A stretch of 64,000 nt of DNA from Octopus vulgaris (GCA_951406725.2 OX597831.1:6944001-7008000), one strand, 5' to 3'. Positions 38,878 through 52,421 are shown, counted from the stretch's first letter. Notes: a model not told the origin generated them from the letters alone. Program-made: numbers and translations.

Positions 38878-39280
38878 AGGAGTGGCTCTGTGGTAAGTAG
38901 CTTGCTAACCAATCACATGGTTCCGGGTTCAGTCCCACTGCGTGGCATCTTGGGCAAATGTCTTCTGCTATAGCCCTGGGCCGACCAATGCCTTGTGAGT
39001 GGATTTGGTAGACGGAAACTGAAAGAAGCCTGTCGTATATATGTATATATATATATGTGTGTGTGTGTTTGTGTGTCTGTGTTTGTCCCCCTAGCATTGC
39101 TTGACAACCGATGCTGGTGTGTTTACGTCCCCGTCACTTAGCGGTTCGGCAAAAGGGACCGATAGAATAAGTACTGGGCTTACAAAGAATAAGTCCCGGG
39201 GTCGATTTGATCGACTAAAGGCGGTGCTCTAGCATGGCCGCAGTCAAAATGACTGAAACAAGTAAAAGAGTAAAGAGTAA
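38878..39280 (+). mobile_element. SINE family A
   Basis: Full-length copy with GTAAAAGA-type tail. Confidence 0.9.
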
Positions 39281-39630
39281 ATTGACTTATGAATAATTAA
39301 AGTGAAATAGAACTAGTGCGCGTGTTTATTGCTGGCATAATGACCGTCCCGAGATATAATAAAATCTGTTTCAATACCCGAGTACACATCAGGAATCTTG
39401 TAAACCAAACACAAAAACGAAATATCCCTTAGAAAAGAAGTCAAAAGACGTAATGAGAATAGCGTGCAGTGTAAGGGAGATAATTCCTGTTAATTTATCT
39501 TTTTCCCGCGTTACGAGGATTTCAGCCTTCAACTAATGGCTCAGTTTCTTTTCATCATAAAAGTTTAACGTCAGCTTTTGTTGCAAATTTCATCAGTTAA
39601 TTCATTGATATAATTAAATTATGTAACTTT

Positions 39631-40052
39631 GGATCTCTTCGGTTTGAACGGCAGTTTTTTAACATAATTTCCACGTAACTAAACACTTTTAAACTTTGTA
39701 TACTGGTAGAATGTGTTTATAAAACATCTTTTTCTCTTGGCTTTATTGAGAAAATTCTATAGTTTCTAAGATATTTGTTGTTTTTTTTCTTCAATTTCTG
39801 CAATTTCAACCATTCAATGACGTCCATTGAGGTAAAAAAACAAAACATTCTGTGCCGTATGAATATGTCCCTCGTTTAAGAAACAGATTGGGTTTATTTA
39901 CATTTCTGAAGAAAAAAAAGATACTCTTCCCCCCAGCCCTAACCCTAACCTAAAACAGATTGAAATGCAATAGATCGATACTAGGGTCATAATTATGGGT
40001 GGCAATTTCATGACACCGCTAGAAAAAACTGCCGTTCAAACCGAAAAGATCC
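39631..40052. mobile_element. MITE with 30-bp TIRs and 8-bp TSD (Merlin-like)
   Basis: GGATCTCTTCGGTTTGAACGGCAGTTTTTT / AAAAAACTGCCGTTCAAACCGAAAAGATCC; TSD GTAACTTT / GAAACTTT; superfamily inferred from GG termini and TSD length. Confidence 0.8.
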
Positions 40053-40466
40053 GAAACTTTTTAGACAGAATGTCAGAATGTTAAATTTGTACAATCTTCA
40101 TTCTTTTCTTATTCTATCATTCGACAATAACACACACACACACACACTTAAATCCGTCTGTATGTTTTGCTCGTCGTATAAGGCGATGGCATGGCCATGT
40201 GTTAAGAAGTTTGCTTCTCAATCACATGTTTTCGGGTTCAGTCCCACAGCGTGTCGTCTTCGGCAAATGTCTTCCACGATATCCTTGGGCCACCAAAAAC
40301 CTTTTGAGTGGATTTGATAGACGGAAACTGAAAGAAGCCCGTCGTATGTAAGTGTGTGGGGGTTGGTAGGCACCTTGGTGTGTATGTTTGTAAAAACAAG
40401 TTTAAACATTAATCTGAACGGTTACTCAGAGGACAAATTTATTATTCTTTTTTAGTTTCGACCAGC

Positions 40467-40530
<64 letters not shown>

Positions 40531-40681
40531 GTGATAATTCGAAGCGAGTGTCACCGCCATTCCATCAGTGTCCTTCGTTTTAAATCTGTATAAACATGTT
40601 TGGGCGATTTTTCGATACTAGTAACATAACTGTCACTTATAAACCACGTGGGTTTATTTACATCTCTGAAGATATATATAT

Positions 40682-41076
40682 AGGCGCAGGAGTGGCTGTG
40701 TGGTAAGTAGCTTGCTAACCAACCACATGGTTCCGGGTTCAATCCCACTGCGTGGCATCTTGGGCAAGTGTCTTCTGCTATAGCCCCGGGCCGACCAATG
40801 CCTTGTGAGTGGATTTGGTAGACGGAAACAGAAAGAAGTACGTCGTATATATGTATATATATATATGTGTGTGTGTTTGTGTGTCTGTGTTGGTCCCCTA
40901 GCATTGCTTGACAACCGATGCTGGTGTGTTTATGTCCCCGTTACTTAGTGGTTCGGCAAAACAGACCGATAGAATAAGTACTGGGCTTACAAAAAGAATA
41001 AGTCCCGGGGTCGAGTTGCTCGACAAAAGGCGGTGCTCCAGCATGACCGCAGTCAAATGACTGAAACAAGTAAAAG

Positions 41077-41080
<4 letters not shown>
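40682..41080 (+). mobile_element. SINE family A
   Basis: Full-length, begins GGCGCAGGAGTGGCTGTGTGG. Confidence 0.9.
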
Positions 41081-41143
<63 letters not shown>

Positions 41144-41539
41144 TATGTACATACATACACTGCGCACTGTAACCTTTTGAATTAAAGGTACACTCACAAG
41201 ATAAATGTCAACCCAGTGACCCCTGCTCACGATGTCACGCAGTATATGTATGTACATATATACATCTTCAGAAATGTAAATAAACCCACGTAGTTTATAA
41301 GTGACAGTTATGTTACTAGTATCGAAAGATCGCCCGTGTTTGTTTATGAGGAGTGGTGGTGCTGATGGTGAGGATATTATTACTTTGTCTGGAAACAAGT
41401 GTGAGCGGCAGGAAAGGCATCTGATCGTAGAAAAATCTGCTTCAACAAATTCCGTCTGACCCACAGAACCATGGAAAATGATATAAAAAATGATGATGAT
41501 TTTATACAAATACCAATCACTTATTTTTTTTATGTCCTC

Positions 41540-41571
<32 letters not shown>

Positions 41572-41851
41572 TAATAATAATAATAATAATAATTCGATAT
41601 TAACTGATTAGTGTTATCTAAATTTTTGTCTGATATAAGATGGTTTAAGCATATATTCTGTCAACATTAAGTTTGACCTTAATCAGTTGTGCATGTCCCT
41701 TAGTGTGACGATATGTGCATCTGATCAACAAGTAGGGGACATCAGCCATGTGAGAGGATTCTTGGGTTTGAATAATTACCCTGAAACATGGTGTTCTTTC
41801 AACATCCTAACAACTAGGACCTTTGTCTGTCACGCACATGGTTTGATGCAA

Positions 41852-42260
41852 GCGAACAGTGTATGAGTCAGATACATGCTTGCGTGTGTATGGAGGGGAG
41901 AAAATCAGGTGTAGTGTTGACGAATCTCAGGAAGCATGGAAGTTTTGAAGGATGCAGTGCTCCGACAACTAACAACTGATGCCGGCAGTTTGTTCCATGC
42001 TTCAGCAACTCTCAGTGTGAAAAAATGTTTCCTGAAGTCATGGGAGCTGTGCTGTTTTCTGACTTTGTAAATATGTCCACGGGTGTTAGATGGGTGGAGT
42101 TTGAAAAGGTGCTCAGAGTTATTGTTTGTGCGATGGTTGATAATTTTATGGGTGTCTGCCAAGTCAGCTGCCAGACGTCGGAGTTTCAATGTGTCCATGC
42201 CCAGGGAAGTAAGGCATCCAGAATATGGCAGATGTCTTATGGAGGGTATTCTCTTGGTAT
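41852..42260 (-). mobile_element. CR1-like LINE 3' fragment
   Basis: ORF 41905-42198 MDTLKLRRLAADL..TRGH..FFTLRVAEAWNKLP. Confidence 0.85.
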
Positions 42261-44058
42261 CATCTAAATGCTCTCCTTACTGTCCAGGCATGAGTTATGT
42301 ACAGTTTATTTTATATCCATTCTTCTAACATCAGAGGAATGTCGTTTTGTTTCCCGTAGCAAATATTTTACAGCAGCAAAATTCTTTTGCTACTTCGGGG
42401 ACGACCATATTTCAATGAAAATCATTAAAAGTAAAGTACGAAGTGAGTTATAAAACAATATTGATAGATGACAAACATTCTTATTTTCTGGACATATTTC
42501 GACCAAACTTGCCAAAATAATGATGAAATTACCATTAAATAAGTCTGACAAAATTTTATCTGAAACTAAAACAATTTAAAATTCAAATTTATTCAGAAAG
42601 AGAAACAGGAGTTATTTCCCTTTACATTTTTCTTTTCCTTTTCATCTAATTTCAGCTCACGAGTTGTGGCCATGCTGGGGCACCACCATTAAGTAAAAAT
42701 AAATGCGCCCTTTTAAAGCCTAGCCAGGCTCACGGGCCCAGTTGTTTCAATGGCTTATGTGTTCCCCAGCTGGACGGGACGCCAGGTCATCGCAGCATTA
42801 CTAATTTTTGCCAGCTGAGTGGACTGCAGCAATGTGAAAATGAAGTGTTTTGCTCGAGAACACAATGCGTGGCCCGGTGCAGGAATCGAAACCACAATCT
42901 TACGATCATGATGCCGACACCTTAACCACTAAACCACGAGCCTTACAGTCGACATTAAAAAAAAAAACAAAAAAAAAACTTCAATACAATTAGTCTTTGT
43001 AATTTTCCGAAAATAGTAATTAACCAACGATTGTTAATGTGAAACTAAATTGAATTCTACGAAAAAGCCCAAAAAACTTTGAGTCATTCGGGAACTAAGT
43101 ATAGAATTCTGTTGAATAAAATATCGTGTAAGTGGGGTGCCATATCTTTGCATGTCTCGCCAGGTTTGGCAATGGAATAAATTGCAGGAATATCAATTAG
43201 TAAAAGAGTTCACAAACAACAAAGATTGGATCTTTCCTCTTTGAACTGTCTCTCTTGATTTTATTGAAATTTTCTACCCATTGAGAAGTCACAGCTCTGG
43301 TACTACAGACTCGTCTTTAGAATGGTGCAGTAACAGACTGCAAGACAAATTCTTCAAAGCAAGCCAACTGGCAGGAGACTAAGAAATACACAAAGAACAA
43401 GGTGGTTGGATTAATATCCATACTCTTAGGTTGGTCACATTTGAGAATCCAGCAGGAGACCGGCAGATATTTCTTAGAGGACACTAGGGCGAAGGTGCAT
43501 GAGGACTACCCTTAGAAACATCACACCCCCATCCAGTGGTTCCAAACCGATTTTTGGCCATGCCCCACCGAATCATTTCTAAAATCCTGATGCCCTCTTG
43601 TGATATTTAATTATTGTTATTCAAAATTTGTTGAATGTTTACAATATTACCTGGAAACAATATAAAATAAATATAGTACAACAGATGTGAAAAAAAATTG
43701 TAGGAAACGATTATGAAAACAAAAAGGGGAACGCAATGGAGGTGATGAGGACTTTGGAAAATTCACAAGATTAGAGTTTTTCCCTCATAACTTTTAGGAA
43801 AATTCTTTTTTAGAATTAAATTTTATATAAATACCTTTCAGCTGGCATAGATTACGATTATAAAGAAATTTGTGGGAAATCTTTTCCAAGGTGTGGAGAG
43901 AGGACTTCGGAAAATTCACAAGATCCGAGTTTTTCGCCCACAACTTGGTGACAGTTCATCGTGGACAGCGGGTGTAAATCCAAAGTTTTAAATATTCCTC
44001 TGAATATTGACCAACTCTTTTTGACTTGCACGACCCATTTTATGTATTTTTGAATCGG

Positions 44059-45209
44059 TATAACTACAGATTTCTGCGCTCCCGACTTTATATGATCATA
44101 ACTTTCAGAAAAAATGAATATTCTTAATGAGATTGCCTACGAATATATGTTATATCATGTAGATTTCGAATATACAAAATTTGGCGGGGAAAAGTATTTT
44201 AGGAGGGGGTTAGAGTGGGGAATTTCGGAAAATTAACCGGAGTTTAATTCGTCTTAACTTTCAAGAAAATTGATATTTTTTAATGAAATTCTCTACGAAT
44301 ATACCTCGAACTATGTAGATTCCGAGGACATAATAATTTTAGGGGAAAACCATTGGGGGCTAATTTTGAGAACTGTTCCCCACTCGCGGGTGTTTCTGAA
44401 TAAGTCGTCCATATTTGTTTTATTTTCTCCGTTTTGTGCGTTTGGGCATCCGTAGATTCCCCCCACATACACACACATACACATGTAATTAAAAAAGTTC
44501 AAACGAGGAATTATTCCATTCAATATCATGTTTATTATAGAAATTATGTAACAAATTATGCTTTACACTTCTATATTTAACTGTGCGTGTATATTCCCTA
44601 TTTTTGCTTCTGGTGTCTTCTGCCTTTCAATTAGAAACGTTTACCTGGGAATTTACTTAAAGAGAATAAAAATCGTATGCAACAGATAATTCGTCTTAAT
44701 AACATATTTCTGTGTATCAGACCTTTAGCTTTTTTTTTTTTTTTTAAGCATAACGAGTTTTCTGGTGAGGGTTTCGTTTGCCTTCATTGCTTTTTTGTTG
44801 CTTCAGCAGAAATCTTCGGATGCAGAAACGGAGAAGACGAAGCAAATATGGACGACTTGTTCAGAAACACCCACGAATGAGAAACAGTTCTCAAAATTAG
44901 CCCCCAATTGTTTTCCTAAAAAATTCCTATGTCCTCGGAATCTACATAGTCTGAGGTATATTTGAAGAGAATTTCATTAAAAATTATCCATTTTCTTGAA
45001 AGTTAAGACGAATTGAAGTGGACTCCGGTGAATTTTCCGAAATTCCCCACCCTAACGCCTCCTAAAACACTTCCCCCCACAAAATTTTTATATATTTGGA
45101 ATCTACATTATATAACACATATTCGTAGACAATTTCATTAAAAGATATCCATTTTTCTGAAAGTTATAATCGTCCAAGATCAGGGATGGTGCAGAAATCT
45201 GTAGTTATA
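44059..45209. mobile_element. Foldback/MITE-type DNA element with ~380-bp diverged inverted repeats
   Basis: 44059-44440 is inversely homologous to 44820-45209; related subrepeats at 43745-43945. Confidence 0.75.
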
Positions 45210-46395
45210 ATAATAATAATAATAATTGGGTAGTGCTCAGGTGCACTACAACTCATCTAAAGTGTATATATAATCAGGTGTAGTTTCGGCGGATTTTGGA
45301 AAGCATGAGGGCCTTAAAGGATGCAGTGTCATGGCAGTCAACAACTGACGCAGGCAGTTTATTCCATGCTTCAGCAACTCTGAGCGTGAAAAAATGTTTC
45401 CGAAAGTCATGGGAGCTGTGTTGTTTTCTGACTTTGTAGGCATGTCCACGTGTGTTAGACACATGGAGATCAAAAAGGTGTTCAGTGTTGTTGTTGGTGA
45501 GGTGGTTGATAACTTTGTGGGTGTTTACCAAGTCCATCGCCAGACGCCGGAGCTTCAGTGAATCCATGCCCAGGGAAGCAAGGCGCTCAGAATATGGTAG
45601 GTGTCTGATGGAGGGTATGCGTTTGGTTGCACGCCTCTGGACAGATTCCAGGAGGTCAATGTTCTGAGCAAGATAGGGGTTCCAAACTGATGATGAGAAT
45701 TTCAAGTGTGGTTGTACCATAGCTGTATACAGTTTTAAATAGATGGCTGGAGAGTGGCTAACAAAAGTCTTGCTGAGTGATGCCAAGACACCCTCGGCCT
45801 TCTTGACAATTTTAGAGATATGCTTTGTCCAACGCAAATCACTGCTGACAGTGATGCCTAGGTCACGCTCGCAAGAGGATTTCTTGATATCAGTGTTGTG
45901 GAGGGAGTATGTGGACGCAGGGTTTTTTTTCTCCCAAAATGCATGGTGGTACACTTGTCCACAGCCAGTTTCAGTTGCCAGTCTGTGATCCATTGCTGCA
46001 TTGTGTCTAGGTCTGATAGCAGGAAAGAGTTGTAGACATCAGGATCTGTTCTCTTGATTTCAAGGTACAGCTTGATGTCGTCTGCATATTTCAATACTGT
46101 GGCATTCTTTAAATTGGCATCTATGTCATTAATGTATACCACAAACAAGAGGGGACCAAGGACAGATCCCTGTGGTACACCCGATGACATCTCATATGGT
46201 GTAGAGTGCTGTCCTAGAACTGTGACTACCTCCTTTCGGCTGAGAATGAAGGATTTCAACCAGTTAAAAAGGTCATCCCCTACACCCATTGCAGAGAGTT
46301 TCACCATAAGCCTTTTGTGTGGCACAGAGTTGAAAGCCTTAGCAAAGTCAAGGTAGACAACATCCACCCATGAGCCACTGTCAGTGATCTGAGTA
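45210..46395 (-). mobile_element. 5'-truncated CR1-like LINE, RT domain with a frameshift
   Basis: VYLDFAKAFNSVPH, SGVPQGSVLGPLLF, KYADD, ERDLGITV, LESVQRRATK; (TAA)n tail. Confidence 0.92.
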
Positions 46396-47799
46396 ATATA
46401 TATTGGACGGTTCGACCGGGGTCTGGTAAGCCATAAAGGCTGCACCAGGCTCTAGTCTGATGAGGCAGTGTTTCTACAGCTGGATGCCCTTCCTAACGCC
46501 AACCACCGTGAGTGTAGTATTTGTGTATATAAAAATGTATTCTTGCCATAAAGAGATGTTAAGGTTCAAACCTTAGACTGCAGAGTACATACACCTGGCA
46601 AGCTGACGATGTCAGTTTTATCTGTGTTCTTCAGTATTCAAGTCATGTGGAAGGAATTGCAAGCAATTTATGGACATCGACAACATTTTGGCTGCTAGTG
46701 TGAGTTTGACATTAATTACAGAAAACTTACTTCGCCGTTAGATGACGCGTATGAGTAGAATTAATTTATAAGCTGTTTGGTTTCTTGCGTAAATAACGTT
46801 GTTTATATATCGTCACCCGAGACTAATTAAACATAAAATGAGTTAGAACGAGCCAAAGACCAAGATTTTCGCCAACCCAAAAAGTAGGGGAGACAACTCC
46901 AAGAATATTTTCGGTCTTATTTTGACTGCTTCAATGGTAGTTTACAGTGTACTTGTCTCGAATAATGATTAAAGAATTGATAATTAAACGTTGGACATTT
47001 ACTGGGCATAGAAAAATAGAATTGCCGAGCAATGGTGGGTTTCCATAAGTTGTTCACAATGTGACAAGTAACCATAACTTCTTCAGGCTTGGTGATGATC
47101 ATACTATTAAACATGTTGGAAAACAGAAATAAGGAGTTTTTGATGGATCTTCAAGAAAAAAATCTATTTATATTGAGAGACAGTGGCGTAGCTAGGGGTG
47201 GGGGCACCACTTTTGGATCTGCTGTAGACAATATGTACTTTTTGTGGGTGAAATGCGTAGCCGTATTTCGTCTGCCGTTACGTTCTGAGTTCAAATTCCA
47301 CCGAGATCGACTTTGCCTTTCATCCTTTCGGGGTCGATAAATTAAGTACCAGTTACGCACTGGGGTCGATGTAATCGACTTAATCCGTTTGTCTGTCCTT
47401 GTTTGGCCCCTTGTGGGTAGTAAAGAAATATATATGTATGTGTGTGTCTGTGACTGAACCTCTCCCCACCGCTTGACAACTGGTGTTGGCATGTTTATGT
47501 TCCTGTAACTTAGTGGATTGGCAAAGAGATCGATAGAATAAGTACAGGATTTTAAAAAAAAATGAACTCCAGGGGGTCAATTCATTAACCTAAATTTTCT
47601 CCAAGGCGGTGCCCCAGCATGGCCACGGACTAATGACTGAACAAGTAAAATATAAAAGCTAAAGGAGCAATTTTTGAATTTTTAAAAGATCAACAATGAT
47701 GAGGGATGAATTCAGGATGTTGAGCTTTACTTTGAATGAGAGGGGGGAGGGAGAGAGAGAGAGAGAAAGAGAGAGTAAATAAATAAACAATAAATAGTT

Positions 47800-47805
47800 T
47801 TTATT
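47800..47805 (-). terminator. Candidate polyadenylation signal of LYRM7
   Basis: AATAAA on minus strand about 260 nt after the stop codon. Confidence 0.5.
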
Positions 47806-48062
47806 AGGAAAAAATCCCAAATTTGTTCATGTTTACAATTGTTAATGTCTGACACGAAAGACTTGCAAGTGAAAAGAAAACAGAGTCCAGGGTTGGTGTA
47901 AAATGAAACCTCATGGAATAACATCAAATAAACCAGAGGAAGTCTCTCTGTTTTTCATATTCTAACAACTTAGGTTATCATGAAAGAATCAAGAATCTTC
48001 AGAGTTTGTCATGATGCAAGCAACGAATTAACTCCACGATGTCTCCATGTTAAAAGGGTCGG

Positions 48063-48166
48063 TCAACTCGAAGACTTCTTCTTGCCTCTTTTGAACTCTG
48101 GTATTTTGGCATCTGGTTTGAAGGGGTAGTTAGTGTCTTTGAAGGTATCGTCAGTGATTTTTGCCT
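48063..48166 (-). CDS. LYRM7: LYRM7 exon 5: (K)AKITDDTFKDTNYPFKPDAKIPEFKRGKKKSSS*
   Basis: tttcAG acceptor, phase 1 matches exon 4, TGA stop. Confidence 0.85.
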
Positions 48167-48679
48167 CTGAAATGCAACAGAGAATTGTGTACAGAATAAA
48201 ACAATGGAGAAAAAATATACGTATAAAAAAAAAAAAACTCATTGTAATGGAAACAAGAAGAAATAATTGACCAAAGAATGAATTCCTGAAGTGTCTGAGA
48301 AGATGGAGTTTCTTGTTGGAATTTCTTCAATTATTCAGGTTTTGGTAACAGACGCAATCATCATCATCATTTAACAGCTGTTTTCCATGCTGGCATGGAT
48401 GAACTACACAGTTTGACGGAAGCTGGTAAGCCGGAGAACTGCACCAGGCTCCAGTCATTTGTTTCAGCTTCGTTTCTCTGGCTGGATGCCTTTCCTGATG
48501 CCAACCACTTTACAGAGTATTTTCCATGTGTTATTGGCACAGATGCCTTTCATGTGTCATTGGCACTGACCACGACCATCATATCACTTAGCTTGATGTC
48601 TCTTCTCAAGCACAGCAAATCGCCAGAAGTCTCAGTCACTTGTCATCACTTCCGTGAGACTTTAAAACCGATGATCATA

Positions 48680-50720
48680 TACTTATTCTCCATTGCATGT
48701 GCACACTGACATTACACATCCAGTGGAGCATACATTAACTTAATTTCTTTCAAGCCTTCACATATCCTCTGCAGTCACAGCCATGTAGCAAGGCTGTTCA
48801 CATATAAGCTACACATAATCTGCCTTTCACTCTGAGGAAGAGGCCCTTTGCTACCAACAAAATAGTAATCAAAATCACATTCGATGACTGGCATCCATGC
48901 TAGCAGGGTGCAAAGAGCACCATACAAGTGTAATGGTTGACAGAGCGGCTAACCGGCTTTCATGCCAATGGCACATAAAAGGCACCATTCGAGTGTGATC
49001 GTTACCAGCGTCGCTTTACTGCAGGATCGTTACCAGAGAAGCCAACTGGCTTCCGTGCCGGTGGCACGTAAAAGGGCACCATTCGAGCGAGGTCGTTGTC
49101 AGTACCGCCTGACTGGCCCCCGTGCCAGTGGCACGTAAAAAGCACCCACTACACTCTCAGAGTGGTTGGCGTTAGGAAGGGCATCCAGCTGTAGAAACTC
49201 TGCCAAATCAAGATTGGAGCCTGGTGCAGCCCTCAGTCAAAATCGTCCAACCCATGCTAGCATGGAAAGCGGACGTTAAACGATGATGATGATGATGATG
49301 AGATAAAAGCTCTCTGAACTTTGCCTGGCCTCTTCTTATGCTTTCAAAGCTCCCTCCTCCATTGCTAACCTGGTTACCTAGGTATCAGAAGCCATCTACT
49401 ACTTCTAAGTATTCCCCTGGGCAGTTGAGAAGTCTATTTTCTGTACATTCTTAATGTTTATTATACCTACTCATCTGCCACACACAAAGACTACTTTCTC
49501 AGTTAACCTCCTTCTGATGCTGCTGCACCTTTTATGTGCCCATTAGCTTGCATTAGGTACACCTTATGGAGTTTCTGCAAACACATTTTCTACATACCAA
49601 GCATGGCCATCTCCCTGAAGAGATTTGTGATTTGCTTGTTTTCCTACTTACTAAGAATGTAGACTTTGCTAAATTAACTCAAAGACCCTTTGATTCCAGA
49701 CCTTGCTTCCATACCTGAAATTTCTTCTTTAGTTCTGGTAGTGATTCAGCTATAAGAACAAGGTCATCAGTATTGAGGAGTCCCCAAGGGCAGCTTATCT
49801 TAAATTCCTTCGTTATGGCCTGAAGGACTATGATGAACAAGAGGGGGCTGAGAACTGATCCTTGGTGAACTCTTACTTGTACCCTGAATTCATTGCTATA
49901 CTCGTTGCCAACCTTCACCTTACTGACAGCATCCATGTACATGGCTGGTACAGCTCCCACCAACCCCTCATCTATCCCTAGCTTTCACATTGACCACCAG
50001 ATAAGGGAGTGGGGGACCCTGTCAAAGGCTTTCTCCATGTCAACAAAAATACAGAGGTTCATTTTTGGCTAGCTACTTCTCCTGCAGCTGCCTTACCAGG
50101 AATATCGCATCAGTGGTGCTTCTCCCTGGCACAAAACCAAACTGCTTCTCATCTACACTGAGTCCCTTCCAAATTAGTTGAGCTATGACCTTCTCTGTAA
50201 CTTTCATTACCTGGTCCAACAATTTGATACCCCTGTAATTATTTGTTTAACCCTTTAGCATTTAAACTGGCCATATCCGGCCAAAAATATTCTGCTTGTT
50301 TTATGTTCAAACTGGCCAGATCTGGTCTCTCACACCAACCCTACAATGTCGTTTTAAAAATTAACAGCTACCTCATGAAAATCTCATAGCTACAAGATTA
50401 ATGAATCATTAGTTCAAAACAATGTGGATGAAAAAGCATTAATTTTGGCAGAATAATGCAAACACTAAAGGGTTAAGGTGTCACTTTTACAGTTGTAGCA
50501 GTTGACCATGGTGCTGCTACACCAGTCATTGGGTACGACTCCTTCATGTGCCACCTGGTTAACTGTATGGGTGACTAGACCACATACCACTCTGCTAGAT
50601 ATTTTAAGCATCTCAGGAGCGACTCCTGATGGACCTGGGACTTTCTTTGTCTTCATAATTTTCATTGCTTTATCTACCAAGCTACTGTCTATTTGGATAG
50701 CTGGTCCCTCTGCTGGGTCT
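48680..50720 (-). mobile_element. Degenerate RTE LINE in LYRM7 intron 4, with nested family C copy (48880-49300, plus)
   Basis: RT motifs DMEKAFDRVP, VHQGSVLSPLLF, LLNTDDLVLIAES. Confidence 0.85.
50251..50472. mobile_element. piggyBac-like MITE
   Basis: TTAA|CCCTTTAG ... CTAAAGGG|TTAA. Confidence 0.8.
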
Positions 50721-50782
50721 AGATTAATTATTTCTTAAAAACAAGACCAAAGAATTAGAAATGATTTAATAAATTTGTTTAC

Positions 50783-50864
50783 TGTAAACACCAGGAGTTG
50801 TCTCTTCAGCTTGAATGATCTGAGTCCGGAGAATCATCTCAGAATCTTCAGCAATTTTCAACAA
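50783..50864 (-). CDS. LYRM7: LYRM7 exon 4: LLKIAEDSEMILRTQIIQAEETTPGVY
   Basis: 82 nt, poly-T plus CAG acceptor, GTAAAC donor; resembles human LMKIGSDVELLLRTSVIQ (recalled). Confidence 0.9.
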
Positions 50865-51641
50865 CTGAAAAAAAAAAGCAGTAAAAATAAAACAATTGTC
50901 AGGTTTTGGATTAGCAAATATAATTCACAGAGTTCAAATTGTGGAATAAATTTTATGCCAAGAGGAAGAAAAGAAATGTTCATGAGAGAGAGAGAGAAAG
51001 AGAGAGAGATGAAATGGTCAAATAATAATTGATTGACATTTAAATTGGTCTTTGACAAAGAATTCAACCCAAAATATTAGACCTTTTCCTCATGGAATCA
51101 GATTTATTCCATTGTTTAAACGTTCATACAATAAAATGTTAAATGATTTCAGGTTTTGAAACATTCATCTGCCTTTATTGATAAAACGACCCAACAAAGT
51201 AATCTGTACAAAATAGCTTGACCTGTTAAAACTAGTAGCCAAATCTCCTTTCAAAGGGAAACATGTATAGTATAATTCTAGATACACTATGCCTACCAGA
51301 GGTGGGATGGTCATAGCTGGAATGCCATTGACCTTTTCTTCTGTATAATCCAGACTGTCCTCAGATTAAACAGATGTAGATAATAATGGCTTTATCTGGA
51401 TAGTTGTTAATGCTTTTATATAAAAGAAAGTCTTATCAGTTCTGCTAGAGTGAAAACACACCGACACACTCCAGTTGTGATCAGAGAGGAATTGAAAAAT
51501 AATTTAATGAAAGAATAAAATTAAATAAAATATGGAACCACAGATGGGATAATTGTGCTGCCTTTTCTCCCCTGCCCCTCTCTTTCTCTGTGTGTGTGTG
51601 TGTGTGTATCCAAAATTAAGGAATGGAGTAGATAAGATCCA

Positions 51642-51727
51642 GGCTACATATGTTTCCTTCTGCTAGCAGAATTTCGGAAATAGTAATTACCCAAACAAGG
51701 GGTAATCTGCTACCTACTCATCGGGCC
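51642..51727 (-). ncRNA. Degenerate type I hammerhead motif
   Basis: GGC-CCGATGA-..TAGCAGA..TCTGCTA..-GAAA-CATATG-TA-GCC; U4C change and broken base of stem II. Confidence 0.55.
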
Positions 51728-51746
51728 AAAGATACTTTAACCAAAT

Positions 51747-51778
<32 letters not shown>

Positions 51779-51862
51779 TTTACGAAAAAAACAAAAGACG
51801 AAGACAGGTGGTGTACAAAACAAACAGATGTATTAGTATAACGCTCAGGAATAGAAAAAGTT

Positions 51863-51896
51863 TTTTACGTTTCGAGCCTACGCTCTTCTACAGAAA
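51863..51896 (-). ncRNA. Variant minimal hammerhead (CUGUAGA core) in a PLE-type element 51780-51958
   Basis: TTT-CTGTAGA-A-GAGC(GTAG)GCTC-GAAA-CG-TA-AAA. Confidence 0.65.
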
Positions 51897-52350
51897 GGGA
51901 CACAGAAGAAACAAGGAGAGAAAAAAATGTGTGTAGTGGCTAATGATCTATCATGGCGATCTATATTGAACAAACGCCACCACATCTATTATGATTGAAA
52001 CTATTTCATTAAAATGAAATAGAGAATAGTCAAACCTTAAGCCTCATATATGCATCTGAGGCCTACATTTCATTTATATTAGGGGCTGATCAATGTCTTT
52101 TGAGTGCAGGAACCCATTGAAGGGATCATTCTCGTTTTTAATGTCTTCTGGTTTAACACCCCTAGTTAAACCTTGGTACTCGTTATCAGGACAATTTCCT
52201 TCTTTCTGCCCTTTAAAGGCTCATGTGCAACGATCCCCCTTTCTCTCTATTTGAGGCAGTGAAAAGAAGCCAATATTTTTAAAATTGATTCCTTGAACTA
52301 AATGTTATACCTGAGTAAGTTATACAAACAACATAAAATAATTTGATCAC

Positions 52351-52421
52351 CTTTTTGATTCCTGTTGGATCAGTTTCATTTATATTTTTCCGAAATTCTT
52401 GGTTAATCTTCTGTTTCGAAG
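52351..52421 (-). CDS. LYRM7: LYRM7 exon 3: (A)SKQKINQEFRKNINETDPTGIKK
   Basis: 71 nt, AG/GT, phase-consistent; resembles human ARIKINEEFKNNKSET (recalled). Confidence 0.92.

Noticed and set aside
39937-39953. CCCTAA telomere-like repeats
   Set aside because: Only 2-3 units inside a MITE; not an interstitial telomere.
43534-43720. hAT-like terminus CAGTGGTTCCAAACC
   Set aside because: No matching second TIR or TSD found.
46575-46705. Exon-like plus-strand frame ..YSSHVEGIASNLWTSTTFWLL with GTGAGT donor (similar case at 37790-37880)
   Set aside because: Short, no confident homolog, and cannot be joined into a gene model.
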